In this document: positions 36,794-50,499 of the stretch, piece by piece
How the letters are laid out: every line of letters begins with the position of its first letter
How positions within the stretch are numbered: the stretch's first letter is position 1
NCBI RefSeq assembly: GCF_036321535.1
Contig: NC_087436.1
Location: 106,580,001 to 106,644,000, forward strand
Direction of reading: 5' to 3'
DNA: 64,000 nucleotides
Source: Camelus dromedarius
Taxonomy: Eukaryota
The notes under the pieces: generated by a model
Database searches by the model: none
What the model saw: the letters and a program-made list of their open reading frames with translations, nothing else
What the model was told of the DNA's origin: nothing
Program-made: the position numbers and the translations under genes

Positions 36794-37609
36794 CAGTGAT
36801 GTGCTGAAACCAGCTAGCACTGGCAGGTAAAACTTGCTGCTAAATTTTCAGGAATTATGAACGTTGGTTGTTCAACACACTATTTTCACCATGATTAAAA
36901 ATTAAATTGTATAATATTACAATAAAATAGTTTATAGTAACAACAAATAAAATAAATACCCCGAACTCCATAACTTCCTATTTCTTCTCTTACTACATTT
37001 TATTTCATCTATGCTCCTGGGATTATTTTTGTCTATTATATATGTATGATGGAAATACCACATTGCGTATATGCATCTGTTTTTAACATGCATTCAGTTG
37101 TCACACTATAACTTGGAGTTGGCTATCATGGGAATACTTATCATGAAAATTGGCAAATAATACAAATCAGGACTTAATTTATTGTTTTGGTTGATTGTCT
37201 AGAAAGTGACAAAAATGTTAATAAAATATTCAACCACTTCAGCAAAGAAGTTGATCACATCAGTTTGTCAAGCTCTGACACTTAATCCTTGTTTCATTTT
37301 CATCATTCATGTTAATCTAACCAAGATTTGAGCCCATTGGTGCTGTAACTCTATGTATTCATCAAATTCAACCATAATTTGACTAAGGACCCAAGAGTTT
37401 GAAAAAATTAAGTGTACACATTCTGTGAGAATCAATTGGCTCCATGGAATTTATAATAGATAAAATTGTACATTTAATTATTTTTATTTGTAAACTTTGT
37501 CCTACATGTGCTTTTCACCAAGAAAAAGTATAATCAATTCATATATGTATCTCTGCATATATTTTTTCCCCCAGATAACCAGTTGCTAAACATTTACTGA
37601 TACATACTG
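36794..37609. mobile_element. MER63-family (hAT-Blackjack) DNA transposon
   Basis: Starts cagtgatgtgctg; internal taaattttcaggaatt and gaaaattggcaaataatacaaatcagg; ends ccagttgctaaacatttactgatacatactg. Confidence 0.8.
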
Positions 37610-37979
37610 AAGGAGGCCCAAAATTTATCCAAAATACAGAGTTAAAGTCTTATTGCTTGCATTTTCTGAGAGATAGTAAAAGTTATTAATTTAAGATCAA
37701 GAATGCAGGTTGTGATTTCTAAGGTGGCCACTTAAAGAACAGTAAATAACAACTTAATAGAATGACAGAACATAATAGAGTTGACACTCCTGACCAGAAA
37801 GAGAAAGGCATTTTATCCATTCCTGTTTAATGTCATCACTGACATATTTGGACTTAAAAGAATCACTTCATTACTTTTTTAATTTAGTCCATCTAATTTT
37901 ATTCCTTTTTCCTTTTTATTTTCTCTGAGTGTATAGGTAGATTCTTAACAAAAGTGTTAACTTTTCTATATATTTGATT

Positions 37980-38520
37980 CGCAGCCTGACTTTTCACTAC
38001 ATGTTATATTGTATGCCATTAAATATTCCTTGAAACATCATTTTTAATGGCTACATAAAAATCTCATTATATGTACTATTATTTATCTTCTCCCTTATTG
38101 GTTGATATTTGCTTTTTTATGAGCTGTTATGAGTACTCTATGAAGAACATCCTTTGTCGCACATCTCTTTGGCAAATCTCTGATTATTCCCATAGGGTAG
38201 GTTCCTAGGAATAGAAAAAAAAATAAGATATAGATTGTTTCAAGCTCTTTATACATATTGCTAATTGACTTTCAGAAAGGTTGTGCTAATTTACATTCCC
38301 TCTAGTAGTCAAAAAATGTTCCTTTTGCAGTAGAGTTTTATCAGCATTGAACATTACTTAAAAATATCTTTTCCACTTTTTAAAACTGAAAATGCATATT
38401 TCATTACCACTTAAATTTGCATTTCTTTAATTACTATTAAAGCTAAATAGTTTTGTGAGTTTATTGGCCATTTATATATCTTCTGTGAACTGTTGGTTCA
38501 TGCCTTGATTTTTAAAATGA
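37980..38520 (-). mobile_element. Old L1ME-like 3' fragment
   Basis: ttttaatggctacata; ctttcagaaaggttgtgctaatttacattccc; tttattggccatttatatatcttctgtgaactg. Confidence 0.75.
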
Positions 38521-39719
38521 TCTTCCTTTTTAAGAATGTTCCTGTATTTTCATGATGAGCAACTGATCCATGGAATTACATATAACAATTACTAAGCAGC
38601 TTGTTAAGTATTTTCTGAGATTCTAACTTTTAGACTTGTGATAGACACCAAAAAAATGACATCTCAAGGGGCGCATAAGGTTAGTGGATAGCTGTTGAGT
38701 CATCTTATAACTTAACCCAATTCATGGTAGCGTATACAACTAAGGGCCAAGTGCATATTGTAGACAGAAAGTGTATGTGCCAGGAAATACTAGTAATTGG
38801 CCAGTATTTTTGATTGACTTGGGACATGCGCTGAGCCTCAAAGGAAGAATAGTGTGTAGTTTGAGGGAGGCAATCTAAAAACAAATGGTTGAAGACAGAA
38901 TCCATGTGTGTGGGGAGTAGAAGGAGTGAGATCTGTGAGCTAGTGCCTTTAGCAGATGAGTTGATGCTGACACTAATGAGATTATTGGCAGCGTTAGATA
39001 CATGACTTGATTTAGCATCTAGTAGATTGTGATCCCTTTCCACTCAAAATTTAATTCAAGATCTATGACTAAGGCAAAACCCAGTAATGACAACAAGGAA
39101 GACAAGGATGACCATAACAGCAAAAGAAGAAGGCATCATGCCCCCCAGAGAGGGTGCCATCTGTAAGTCACTTTAGCGTTAGCACTAAGTAAGGAAGGCT
39201 GAGGGAGACTCTTCCTGGAACAGATGTCACGCACAATAAAATCAAGTATAAATGTATAAGTGATCGGCTGTACCTCTCTCCACTCTGGAGAGAAAGGACA
39301 AATGAGTCCTTAATGTAGGATTTTTTTTTACAGACTTCTCTTGGGAGCATAGTTTTTTCAGATACTTGAGCAATTTAAACATTTTCCTCCCAACACTTCC
39401 TGTTCTTTTTAAAGCAGGCAACAAAATAATTACAAGCATTCAAATCGTAAAGCAAATCATTTTGGAGTTTCCTCTAAATTGGTACTAAACCTGCCTTCCT
39501 GCTGTACATAACAAGAATACCGGTCAAAATGTTTGAAGTATTGGAAAATAGGGAATGTAGAATGGAGGTGGGAAGCAAATGCTGTGAGCTGCCCGATAGC
39601 CTGAGTTTTCTATGTGGAAGTGCTTTCTAGACTGTAGTGCAGGGAACGGGCACCTATCACCCAGCCAGCAGAGCACTGCGGTCTCACTGAGTGGAGAGGA
39701 AAAAAATCAGAGGGCCTGT

Positions 39720-40312
39720 TAGCATATTAGGTCAAAAGATATGACTTCTCTTCAAACAGCCACTAATGGCTTCCCATTTCAGGGGGGGAATAAAATCAAA
39801 AAACCCAAAGACAAGAACAACAAAAAAAAACCCTATTAGGCACTAAAAGTTTCACTCCCTCTTGGTTCATGCGTCTTGAAGTACCTCGAGTGCCTGCATC
39901 TTCAAGCTGTTCCTCAAACAAGCCAGGCTCTTTTCCTTCCCATTTCCTTTTCTTAGAACCCCTTCCCCAAAATGCCCCTACCTCCCTGCAGGGATATGCA
40001 TGTGGATTTTTTTCCGTACTTTATTCCGGTCTCTACTTAGTTCTCAGCTCTTACAGAAAGGCCCTCCATGGTCACCATACATCACATACTTCCCCCAAAT
40101 CATCTCTCTGCTACACCCCTTACTTTATAGCGTTTATCTTCGTAGTCTTCATTACCTCAGGACCTACTATTCTTTGGTTTGTTTTTTGAGTGTCTGGTTT
40201 TGGCATTATTTAAGCTCCCTGAGTTCAGAGATGTATGTGTTTTCTCTACTGCTCTGTGCCCAAGACCTTGTACATAGTTGGTTTTCAATAAACAGGAATT
40301 GAATTAATGAAC
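39720..40312 (+). mobile_element. L2a LINE 3' fragment
   Basis: aatggcttcccatttcag; tgtgcccaagaccttgtacatagttggttttcaataaac...ttgaattaatgaa. Confidence 0.7.
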
Positions 40313-40319
40313 GGCAGAA

Positions 40320-40660
40320 GAGGATTCCAGGCAAAAGGCGCAGTCAGCGAGGCTGTGGAGAGGGTTTGAGAGGAAGGGTTTTATTTAGCTGAAAATGGGA
40401 TGACCAGAAGCATCAGCATGAACAACAGCATGGAGTGAGGCGTGAGGACACAATTCCAGATCAGTCTGGCTGCAGCGTCGGGGATCTGAAGGAGGGAATC
40501 AGGTAAGAAGCCAAATCAAGTCAGGGAGAGCCTGGAATGCCCACTGAGCTTGCTTGTTTGCTTGTTTTGTTCATGTGCCTGGAAATCCATAAGGGTAACT
40601 GGCACTGATGGGGAGTGATTTGTTTAAAGTAGTATTTCCAGAGGATGAACTGGGATCAGA
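40320..40660 (-). mobile_element. L2 LINE fragment
   Basis: gattccaggcaaaagg; agtctggctgcagcg; gagagcctggaatgcc. Confidence 0.55.
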
Positions 40661-41849
40661 GAGAAGGAAGCTACCTGAAAACAAGGTAGCTCGCTAGGGC
40701 TGCCTCGGTTCAGCTGATTCACAGGACACCAGGAGCACTAGCTCAGTGTCACAATAATGTTGAGTTTTGGTGATCAAAAAAGAAAATCACCAAATTAGGG
40801 CACTTTTTAGGTTGACTGTTGTATGCCAAGCACCCTCTATGGATTATCAAAGGGCTACATAAAAAGAAGATTGAAATATATTATTATCCTTGCAGGACAC
40901 CTATTATTGTGAACCATTGATTTCTTCCTCCCCAACCCCCAGGGACATTGTGAGCTCAATGCAAGGACCTAATAGGAACTTCTGCAAAAGTGCTCCAAAT
41001 CCATTTGACTGAGTCTCTCAGTGGAGACAGATGTAAGTGAGTGACCTTTGTGATTTATTAGAATGAATAGCCCTTAATATTCAGATAGTCCCTCATTCTC
41101 AACAATTAGTGATTGCTCTCATTAACTAGTTATTTTTCAGAGCCTTTTCTAAGAGGCAGTCTCCATTCTACAGATGGGGAAACTGGGGCCCCAGAGGCAG
41201 AGAAATTTCCCTGAAGCTCCACATTAAGTCAGAGGTAAGCAGAAAGTAGGCATGGCAGTTTTTCATTTTTTTAGTTCATGAAGTCTTTCTGGGTCAATTT
41301 TCTTGTTAACATAGAGACTCCTACATATGCACTTGTACTAGAATATTGTTGCATGACTTTCAAAAGGAACCTCAACATTTGGTGACATCTAGTTATTAGT
41401 AATCAGAATTTATATCATCTAGGACAATAATAAGGTGATAAAATGATAATTGTTGAATAATAAAAAAATCAATGATCTAATGCTTTTAACTTTCCAGGCT
41501 TTCACATCACTTCTTTCTAACGATACTGACTATATTTTTAGGAGTTTAGGAACGATAGTTATTCTTATTTCTATTTTTAAGTAAGCTAAAATGATACAGT
41601 TTTGTTTGACTACTTCTCAAATGTTTAGAAGCCTGAATAATATACCATATTCATTTATTCGATCAGATATTCATTTTTAAACTTATTCACTTAGCAAATA
41701 CTTGTGTCAACTATGGGGTAAGGTTTGGGGTAAGACTTGGTCATATGCTGTATCACAGGCATGAAGTGAAGACAAGGGTGAGGTGAGGTTGACTGATATG
41801 TCAACTTTGACAATAATAATTATGATAAAGCACAAAGTTTAATAATTGT

Positions 41850-42790
41850 AGCTTACAGAGTATTCCTAAAATAATTTAGTGAAACTATACACACGCTTGT
41901 TCACTTTTCATTTGGTAGCTGACATTTGTCATCATATATTTAAATACTTTCAAAGATGTCATTTTCCCATTTGGTAGAAATATTGAAATTTTAAAATAAA
42001 ACTGTCATATTACACTTTAAATTTTTCCAGCAAAATGTAAAGACAATAATAAATACGTATCACCATTCATTTAAAACACGTGAACAACTTAAAATAAAAT
42101 TCTTTTTTGCTCTTCAAACTAGTGTTTTTTAGTCTACTTTCTCCAAATAATTTTATCCTAATTTTATGTATTTTATGCTTGGAAGGAATTTATTGATCAC
42201 CTGAACATACTTCTCCACAATAAACCATGTGTATAAATTGAGATTTAATTTTTAAAATGTTCCCTGTAACCAGAAGACTGTTACGTGTTAAAATTATCTT
42301 TCACATTAAGTTATGGCAATTGTCTTAAGTACACCATTGATCAAAACAATATGTTATATTTCGAATTTGATTGATAATCATTAGGTATAAAAGTAACATT
42401 TTCTTGGAAATTCATCTCTTAATGAGATTGATGTCTTTTTATTCTTTCATTGGCTCATGTATCTATGAATGAATATTATTTATTGCTAGAACCGTATAGT
42501 TACTGCACAAATTCTGCTCCTATTTTTGGCTTCTATAGATGTAAGTGCTGAGAAATCATATTCCCATAAATAAGTGGATGGGAATGAAAGGAGCAGTGAT
42601 GTCACTCAATTCTTTGATCTCCTTCAGAGATACATGACAGAATTCACATGGTCATCTAGCATCATAAATTATTTTTAATCTATTAGCTGACAACTTGATT
42701 AAGTCCTCTTCAATTTTGCTGAAAATAGAGAATTAGAAACCACCTGACTTTCAGGAAAAAAAAATTGTCACCTCGTCACTAGAGTCATTC
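41850..42790 (-). mobile_element. Charlie-type hAT transposon with transposase C-terminal (dimerisation region) relic
   Basis: Minus-strand translation of about 42410-42745 gives EEDLIKLSANR, KEIKELSDIT, LLSFPSTYLWEYDFSALTSIEAKNRSRI, resembling the Charlie/Buster motif LLPFPSTYLCE.GFS.L..IKTK.RNRL. Confidence 0.75.
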
Positions 42791-43189
42791 TGGTTTTTGG
42801 CATCTCCACCAATATGTGTCCTTCATTTGGTGTCGTAGAGGTTTATACGCCCCAGGGCACTTCACCAGAGGTAGACTGCAAGGTTGGTGAGGGCTATGCC
42901 TTCCTACCTTAAAGTTGAAGAAAAGAGGTTTATGTTAAGGATGTTAAAGGAGGTGGAAAAAAAATCCCATGATGTCTGTAACATTCTCAAGGAGACTAAT
43001 TTTATAAAAAAGCACTGAAAGAGCTTGGGCACTCAGAAACTCTTGAAAAGTCTTCATGTCACGGTGGGTACATGAGGCAGAAATACCGCAGACAGGAGCC
43101 CTTAGTGTAGCTTCTTACCATTAATCTCATGTCATAACAGCCTGGCTGGAACATCTTCTACTGACTACTACCCACTTATATATTCATGT

Positions 43190-43720
43190 ATGAGATGGAA
43201 ATTAGTTACCTATGAGCTATAAATGTATACAGTCCATTGTAAAGCATAGACAGTAGCATGTCAAAATAGACTAGCATGCTTGAATGTCTTCATAGAGAGG
43301 GATTATATTAGACAGTGGGGAATAGCGTAAAGAAAGTCTATATAAATGATAACTGATATATTTGATACAGTTCCACATCTGGGAATCTATCTTAATAAAA
43401 TATGCTAAATAAGGGTAATATTTTTTGCGAAACAAATAATTATTGCAATATTGTTTACAATGGTGAATAATTGAAATCAACTTAAATGCTAACTCATGAT
43501 ATATTGATTTAATAAATATGGCACAATTCTTTAAGAATTTTTTTCCAGACACTGAAATTATGCTTTATTATGGAATAATCTCAATAGATGCTTGTTATGT
43601 TAATTTATACAGATGGGTTAGTTTATGCAAAATTCTAGGTCAAATACAATAAAAACTAGGAGAAAAGTATGCATACGAGGAAAGACTTAAGGAAAATACA
43701 TGTAGGTAATTATCTTAGAT
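43190..43720 (+). mobile_element. Old L1ME-like fragment
   Basis: acagttccacatctgggaatctatcttaa; tattgcaatattgtttacaat; caacttaaatgc. Confidence 0.6.
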
Positions 43721-43996
43721 TTATATGTCCATTTATTTTTTTCTCCCTTTTTGTCAAAACAGAGGAAATGTAATTATATTGAACATGTGATTATATTTCT
43801 TCTTTGAAGATGTGCATATATCATATACATATAATTATTATATATGGATATAAAATATTATCTTATATAGTTATATATAACTTATATTAATTTATTTTAT
43901 AATGAATGTATACATAGTATATTAATTTTTTAAAGTCATACATGCACATGGTAAAATGGTCAAACAGATCAAAAATTTAAAAACTTACAAAATAAA

Positions 43997-44914
43997 GATA
44001 TTTAAAAAATTTTTTGTCCAGGTTTACAGAGATATATTTCATCTACCTCATTGTATAAGCTTAAGGTGTACAACATAATGAATGACTTACATATGTTGTG
44101 AAATAATTACTGCAAGAAAGTTAGTTAACATCCATCATCTCCTATAGATACAAAAAAAGAAACTAAACAATAAAAACTGTTTTTCCTGTGATAAGAACTT
44201 TAGGAATTTACTTTCTTCAACTGTCATACATATGTCATACTGCAGTGTTAACTGTGGTCATCATGTTGGACATTACACCCCTAGTACTTATTTACCTAAT
44301 AACTGGAAATTAGTACCTTTTGACCATCTTCATCCAATTCCTCCTTCCCTAACTCTGATCTCTTTCTCTATGATTGAGTTTGACTGTTTGCTTGTTTGTT
44401 TGTTGAGATTACACAAGTAAATGAGATCATACAGTATTTATTTTTCTCTGGCTTATTTCACTTAGTATATTGCCCTCGAGTTCCATCCATTTTGTTGCAA
44501 ATGACAAGATTTCCTTTTTTATGACTGAATAATATTCCATAATTTCTTTATCTATTCATCTATCGATGGACACTTAAGTTGTTTCCATGTCCTGACTATT
44601 GTAAATCATGCTGCTTTGAACTTGGGGATGCAGACATCTCTCTCTTCAACATAGTGTTTTAGTTTCCTCTGGATATATTCCCAGAAGTAGAATTGCTAGA
44701 TCATGTGATGATTCTATTTTTAATTTTTTGAGGGCTCTCCATGCTGTTTTCCATACTGATTGTACCAGTTTACAATCCCACCATCAGTAAACAAGGGTCC
44801 TCTATTCTCCACATCCTCACCAGTATTTATCATTTTTCTTTTTGATGCTAGCCATTCTAACAGGCATGAGGTGATATCTCATTGTAGTTTTGATTTGCAT
44901 TTCTCTAATGATAG
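43997..44914 (-). mobile_element. L1MA9-like 5'-truncated L1
   Basis: L1 3'UTR and ORF2 end in reverse; candidate 19-bp TSD TAAAAACTTACAAAATAAA (43978-43996) vs TAAAAATTTACAAAATAAA (44915-44933), one mismatch. Confidence 0.85.
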
Positions 44915-45124
44915 TAAAAATTTACAAAATAAATTTTTTTTCTTTTAATTCAGCTTTCCAGGGCATAACTACCATTGACCACTACTTAAGTATACTTCTA
45001 GAAACTTTCTATGAATATACATGCAGATCAATGCATATATGCATAAATGAGAACACTGTAATCACATGCTTTTACATAAATAATACCAGTTTGGGGGCTG
45101 AACTTTTTATCTTACAGCTGGCAA

Positions 45125-45413
45125 CTTGCTTCTGAAAGCCAGTTGGATAGTCTCTGATTTCGGGAAGGTCTGAGCCCTCTTTTAAAAGGCTTTCCACTTA
45201 CTAAGTCAGGGCTGTCCAGGATAATCTCCCTTTTGATTAAATTCAACTGATTTGGGGTTTTAATTACAATTACAAAACTCCTCTATAATTGCATTATAAT
45301 GTGACCTACTCAAGGGAGTGAGACCCATTACCTTTGCCATATAATGTAGCTTAATCATGAACACCACACCAGGGACAATGATTATGGGGCCACCTTTGAA
45401 CTCTGCTTATCAT
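45125..45413 (-). mobile_element. MLT1E-like MaLR LTR fragment
   Basis: ccaggataatctcccttttgattaa; cctttgccatataatgta; ggggccaccttt..actctgcttatcata. Confidence 0.7.
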
Positions 45414-45922
45414 AGTCTATAGGAGATGTTGGGAAGAATAGCATAAAGACTTGAAAGAAACATGTGAAAGGAACCCACAGTGTTGTAACTTCAAGTTGGT
45501 GTAGAGATAAATAAGTAAACAAACAAACATACACACATGCTTACAGTTAAATATGGGGTGATAAGTGTAAAAGCAGAAGCATGTGTCAAGTACCATGGTA
45601 GTTCAGAAGGAGCCCCCAATTCTTTCTGGAAAGGGAAAAATCAGAGAGAACTTCCTAGAAGTGGTATTTCTTAAAGGATGAATAAGATTAATGAGATTAA
45701 TAAATAGAGAACAGATACACAAAGTGCGTAATGACTATCAATAGATAATACCTTTGACATCTATAATAATAGTATAGATATTTACAATATTTTGATGTTT
45801 TATTCATGATAGACTTTCACATTTATTTTGACTTTTAAAAGTAATCCATTAAAACATTACTTACCTTGATTCCTGATTTTTTAGAGCATCTTCTTAAATT
45901 TCACATTTGAGGCAGAGGCCTT

Positions 45923-45949
45923 ACCCTCCTCACCCTCCTCACCCTCCTC
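45923..45949. repeat. (ACCCTCCTC)3 tandem repeat
   Basis: Seen directly. Confidence 0.9.
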
Positions 45950-46009
45950 CTAGCCCTGAGCATCAGGTAACAGAAATATACAGGGCACTGCCATTTTTGA
46001 AGGTTTTGC

Positions 46010-46290
46010 TGAAGTGTAAGGTCAGAGTGGAAGAACTGAAGGGAGGGAAGCTAGAAAACCTGGCTGGGGTAAAGACGATGAAAAGTCTTACTTATTCTCT
46101 AAGGAAGATCTCCAAAGACTGTATCCTGAGGATGGCAGGGATGAGTCATGGTTTTAAACTGGAGAGCGACCAGATGAGATTGTCATTCAGAAAGATTATT
46201 CTGGCAAAAGCGCGGAGGCGAGTTTGGAGGAGTTTGCTATGCTCCATTAAGGGAGAACAATTAGGAGGCTATTGTAGTGGTCACCGGAGA
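46010..46290 (-). mobile_element. L2 LINE fragment
   Basis: ggttttaaactggagagcgaccagatgagattgtcattcagaaagattattctggc; ttaggaggctattgtagtggtc. Confidence 0.75.
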
Positions 46291-47651
46291 AAAGTAATTA
46301 TACTGATGTTACCCATAGTATTTGGCTCACTGAAAAGTATTTTAATTTGGGGATTCACCAGCAGAAGCTGAGAATATCTTTTTGGAGGACATGTTAGATG
46401 GCTCTTTTGACTCTCGAAATGGTAGACCTTTCGCTAATGTGCTTTTTTTTTTTTTTAACGGCCATCGCATTGATGGCTGAAGCATTTCTGTAACTATATG
46501 CAGCTTATTTCACCTGAGAAATGTTTTTGACAAGATACAATGTTCTGATGTGCGATGCCAGAATTGATCTGAGCCTATAGTTTTTATTGCATTTATATGC
46601 AGTGGTGTTAGGTTAGGAGTAAGGCAAATGAATTCTCGCCATACAAAATTGAACAACCCAGCTTTATAATTGCTTCAGGATAGTCGATTGCCTATTTTGT
46701 CTCTGTTCAAAGTACCCAAAGGAAATCTTCCTGTGGCCATTGAAAATATCGGAGTCTGCAGATGGAGACCATAACTACATAGCGTTGGCTGTATATTTAA
46801 TATACAACTAGTGAAAACTGATTCAAGGGAGGGAGCCAGGATTACAATTGGATGCTTGATTGCAAGGGCTGATATAACCAAGAGGCCAATCTATAAAAGA
46901 CTATTTTACATAGTAAAGAAGTGGCATATTAAAAAAAAAAGTATTTACTGCCTTGAAAGCCTCTAACTATGCACAACACAAACGCTGATAGAATCATACA
47001 GCCCTATATATGTCAACTTTATTTAATATCTCTAATATGAGCCCCCATCCTGCACCACCACCTTTTCAGATTATCTTTCTTACAAACTGCATAACTACAC
47101 CAGTCTCAGGTTGTTTTCTTTGTTTGCTGATAAAAATAGAATACTCTGGGAAGCTTTCTTTCTATACTGGGGTTTTTATTTTTCAATTACAACAGGATTT
47201 AACTATTTTAGTGTTTCTTGTCCTATAGAATAACCGCCCATTAACTAGAAAATGCCATGATTGGTTCTTGAAATTAGGGACAGAGGTTTTAATTTTTGGA
47301 TTAATTGGAAACTATTGGAAACAGAAGTGAACCCCCAAAATCTAATCAGAAAGTTTTATGCTACCTTGGAGCTTGTAGTATACATCACTGAATTAATGTG
47401 CTGTAAAGTTTTGTGAGTGCTCTGCGCATGCCAGTAAAGAGATACAGTCCCCAAAGAAAATTGCTCAGAGATTTAAGCGGGAGATGCTTCCATAGTTGGC
47501 ATCATTTCAGCAGCTCCAAAAATATCTTCCTGTCTCCAGAATATACTCCATACTCAAAATCCCACTACATGTGACACAATCTTTTATTTCACAACAGAAT
47601 TTGGAAAAACAATGCTGAATACATAAATCTTCCTAACCAAATTTACATTTT

Positions 47652-48496
47652 TAAAAATTGTAGTAAATTTACAATGTTGAGTTAATTTCTGGTATACAGC
47701 ATAGTGATTCATTTATACATATATATTTTTTCTTTTCATATTCTTTTTCATTATTGGCCATTGTAAGGTATTGAATATAGTCCACTGTGCTATAGAGTGG
47801 GACCTTGTTGTTTATCTATTTTATATATAGAAGTTAGTATCTACAAATCCCAAGCTCCCAATTTATCCCTCCCCACTTTTCCTGCCCCCAGGTAATCATT
47901 AATTTGTTTTCTATGTCTGTGAGTCTGTTTCTACTTTGTAAATATGTTTAGTTGTGTCCCCCCTTTTTTTAGATTTCACATATAAGTGATATGTGGTATT
48001 TTTCTTTCTCTTTCTGGCTTACCTCACTTAGTATGATGATCTCCAGGTCCATCCATGTTGCTGCAAATGGCATTATTTTATTCTTTTTAATGGCTGAGTG
48101 GTATTCCATTGTACATAAAAACCACAACTTCTTTATCCAGTCATTTGTCGATAGACATTTGGGTTGTTTCCATGTCTTGGCTATTGTAAATAGTGCTGCT
48201 ATGAACATTAGGATGCATGTATCTTTTTGAGTTACAGTTTTCTCCAGATATATGCCCAGGAGTGGGACTGCTGGATCATGGGGTAGGCCTCTTTTCAGTT
48301 TTCTGAGGAATCTCCATACTGTTCTCCATAGTGGCTGAACCCAACTGCATTCCCACCAACAGTGTAGGAGGGTTCCCTTTTCTCCACACCCTCTTCAGCA
48401 TTTATCATATGTGGACTTTTTAATGACGGCCATTCTGATGAGTGTTGGGTGATTCCTCACTGTAGTTTTGATTTGCATTTCTCTGATAATTAGCAT
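47652..48496 (-). mobile_element. Young cetartiodactyl-type (camelid-like) L1, 5'-truncated, with ORF2p C-terminus
   Basis: ORF 47969..48208 (MFIAALFTIAKTWKQPKC...MPFAATWMDLEIIILSEVSQKEKEKYH) is the L1 ORF2p C-terminus, followed on the minus strand by the L1 3'UTR. Confidence 0.95.
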
Positions 48497-49071
48497 TTCC
48501 AATGTAAATTTTTTATTAAAGTTAAAATGACTGATAGCTGAGCTTTTCCTGGGAGACCGCTGTGATAGAATTACCCTACTATCCTGAGTGGGAGGATGCC
48601 TTTTTGCAGACAAGGGAAAGGAACAGAAAAGGAGACATATCGACCACTATCTCATTTTACCTTTACCCATTGTACTCAACAACAACCACAAAAATTTAAA
48701 TTTCAACTGAAAGTGAAATAAGTTGCCGAAAATTCAAACAACCCCAAAAATGTATAAAATGTATACAGTGCCATGCTAACCCCTACTGAAGATCTCCAGG
48801 TCCTTAGACCTCTCTCCAGAAAGAACTATTGTCAGGAAATGTTGAAGTTCATTTCCCCTGAAATATTCCCCAGATATACAAGCGTATATGCATATATAAT
48901 ACACTATGTGTGTATACGTATGTGTGTGTCATGGGTGTTGTGTGTTCATCTTCATTCTCTTTAGTTACCCAGATGAAAGTAGGAAGTGCCTTACTCCTCC
49001 CAACAATGTGTCTTCAAGAACACTCCTCTCAGCCCATGCAGACAAGCTTATTTTCTTTAGTACCTGCAGTA

Positions 49072-49285
49072 TAGGGGCTTCTCAATCCTGGCACTACGGA
49101 TGTTTTGGGCCAGATAATTCTTTGTCACAGAGGGCGATCATGGGCATCATAGAGTGTTTAGAGCATCTCTGGCCTCGGCCCACTAGTGACAGTAGCACCT
49201 ACCTTATTATGAAAACCAAAAATATCTCCAGAAATTACCAGATGTTCCCTGGTGTGCAAAATCACCCTTGGTTGGGCAATGTGGC
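49072..49285. mobile_element. MER20 hAT-Charlie transposon inserted in an old L1
   Basis: cttctcaatcctggcactacggatgttttgggccagataattctttgt...aaccaaaaatatctccaga...gcaaaatcaccctt; flanked by L1M-like minus-strand sequence. Confidence 0.9.
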
Positions 49286-50074
49286 TTTAAGGGATCCTAT
49301 TGTATAAATATGTACTCCCTTTTGAAAAACATTTAGGTTGTTCCCAGCTTTTGAAATGCTGCACCAAACATTCCAAATCTGTCTCTGAGTAAACGTATAA
49401 GCCTATTTCTAGAATAAGTTCCTAGATGAATTTGCATGTCAAAGAGGATGCGTATTTTACGTTTGTATGGATATTGCCAAATTGCCCTTCTTTTATACCC
49501 GTTTTGCCTTAGAACTACTCTGTCAGAATCACTTGCTGATCTCTGGGTGGGGAAGAGGACGCTCAATAAACGTTTAAATCAGATATCCAAAAGCTCTAAA
49601 GATGATGACAGCAGCAGTCAATTGCATTGACCAAGACCATGCTGGAGAAGAAGATGGCAAGCCAGATGTTTAGATTTCAAGGCAGGGGGAGTCTGAGAGA
49701 GGAGGAAAGGCAGCAAATTATTAGGGGATGAAAAAGCAAACATTTGTTCTGTGTCTTCTACGTCCAGGTGCTATGATACGCACTTTGCATATGTTACTTC
49801 CACTGTGTTAGGAATTATCATTATGGATTGTGCAGGGATTGGCTTGTCTCTGGGCATGGGCCCAAACCAGGTGAGCAGGCTTAAGGACTCAACACTGCCA
49901 ACATCAGTGCAGGTGCTGTTTCCCTTGTGCAAAGAGAATATCCACCTCCTCTACAGCCTGAAGATAGACTCAGTTTCGTGGGGGGTAGTTTTCACTGAAA
50001 TTGTCCACTCCTCCAGTCCTTCCAAGAGTCCTGTGATAGATGTTTATGCCATATATTAATTCTAAAGTCAGAAA

Positions 50075-50400
50075 TCAGTGGTCAAAAAGTTGGATTGGCT
50101 CACAGATACAATTTGTTTGCCTCCTACATTGTTATAAAAAATCGAGCCAAGATTTGAAAATCAAAAGATGTTATAGAAAATCTTGAGTTCTGGTTTCTCT
50201 TGTTAAAGGATGACCATCTCCAACAGTGGGTAGGTGTTCCACTTGGCAGCCAAGCATGAGCTGAGTGAGTAGTAGCTGCCCCTTAAGGCAGGGCATTTGC
50301 TCTCCACTTTACCCTAGTCCCCACCACTCCCTATTGCCTCCTTGATGTAAAGATGTAGGCTCAGTTGTTGTTGAAATAATAGCCCTGATGTTTATCTTCC
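50075..50400. mobile_element. MER102/Charlie8-like hAT transposon
   Basis: gagctgagtgagtagtagctgcccctt..ggcagggcatttgctctccac...agtccccaccactccctattg. Confidence 0.75.
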
Positions 50401-50499
50401 AATTGAGAAACTTTTTGTTGTAAACATTCTTTAAATCATAGTGAAAGGAAAGTTAGAAAGGAGCCACAAACACTAGAAAATAGTAAGGAAGATATGCCT

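Noticed and set aside
45907..46371. Longest ORF in the window (154 aa) with a Pro/His-rich start
   Set aside because: Starts at TTG, the PHP repeat comes from a 9-bp tandem repeat, and most of the rest is antisense L2 sequence. No recognisable protein.
47969..48208. 79-aa ORF with clear protein similarity
   Set aside because: It is the C-terminus of L1 ORF2p in a truncated retrotransposon, not a host gene
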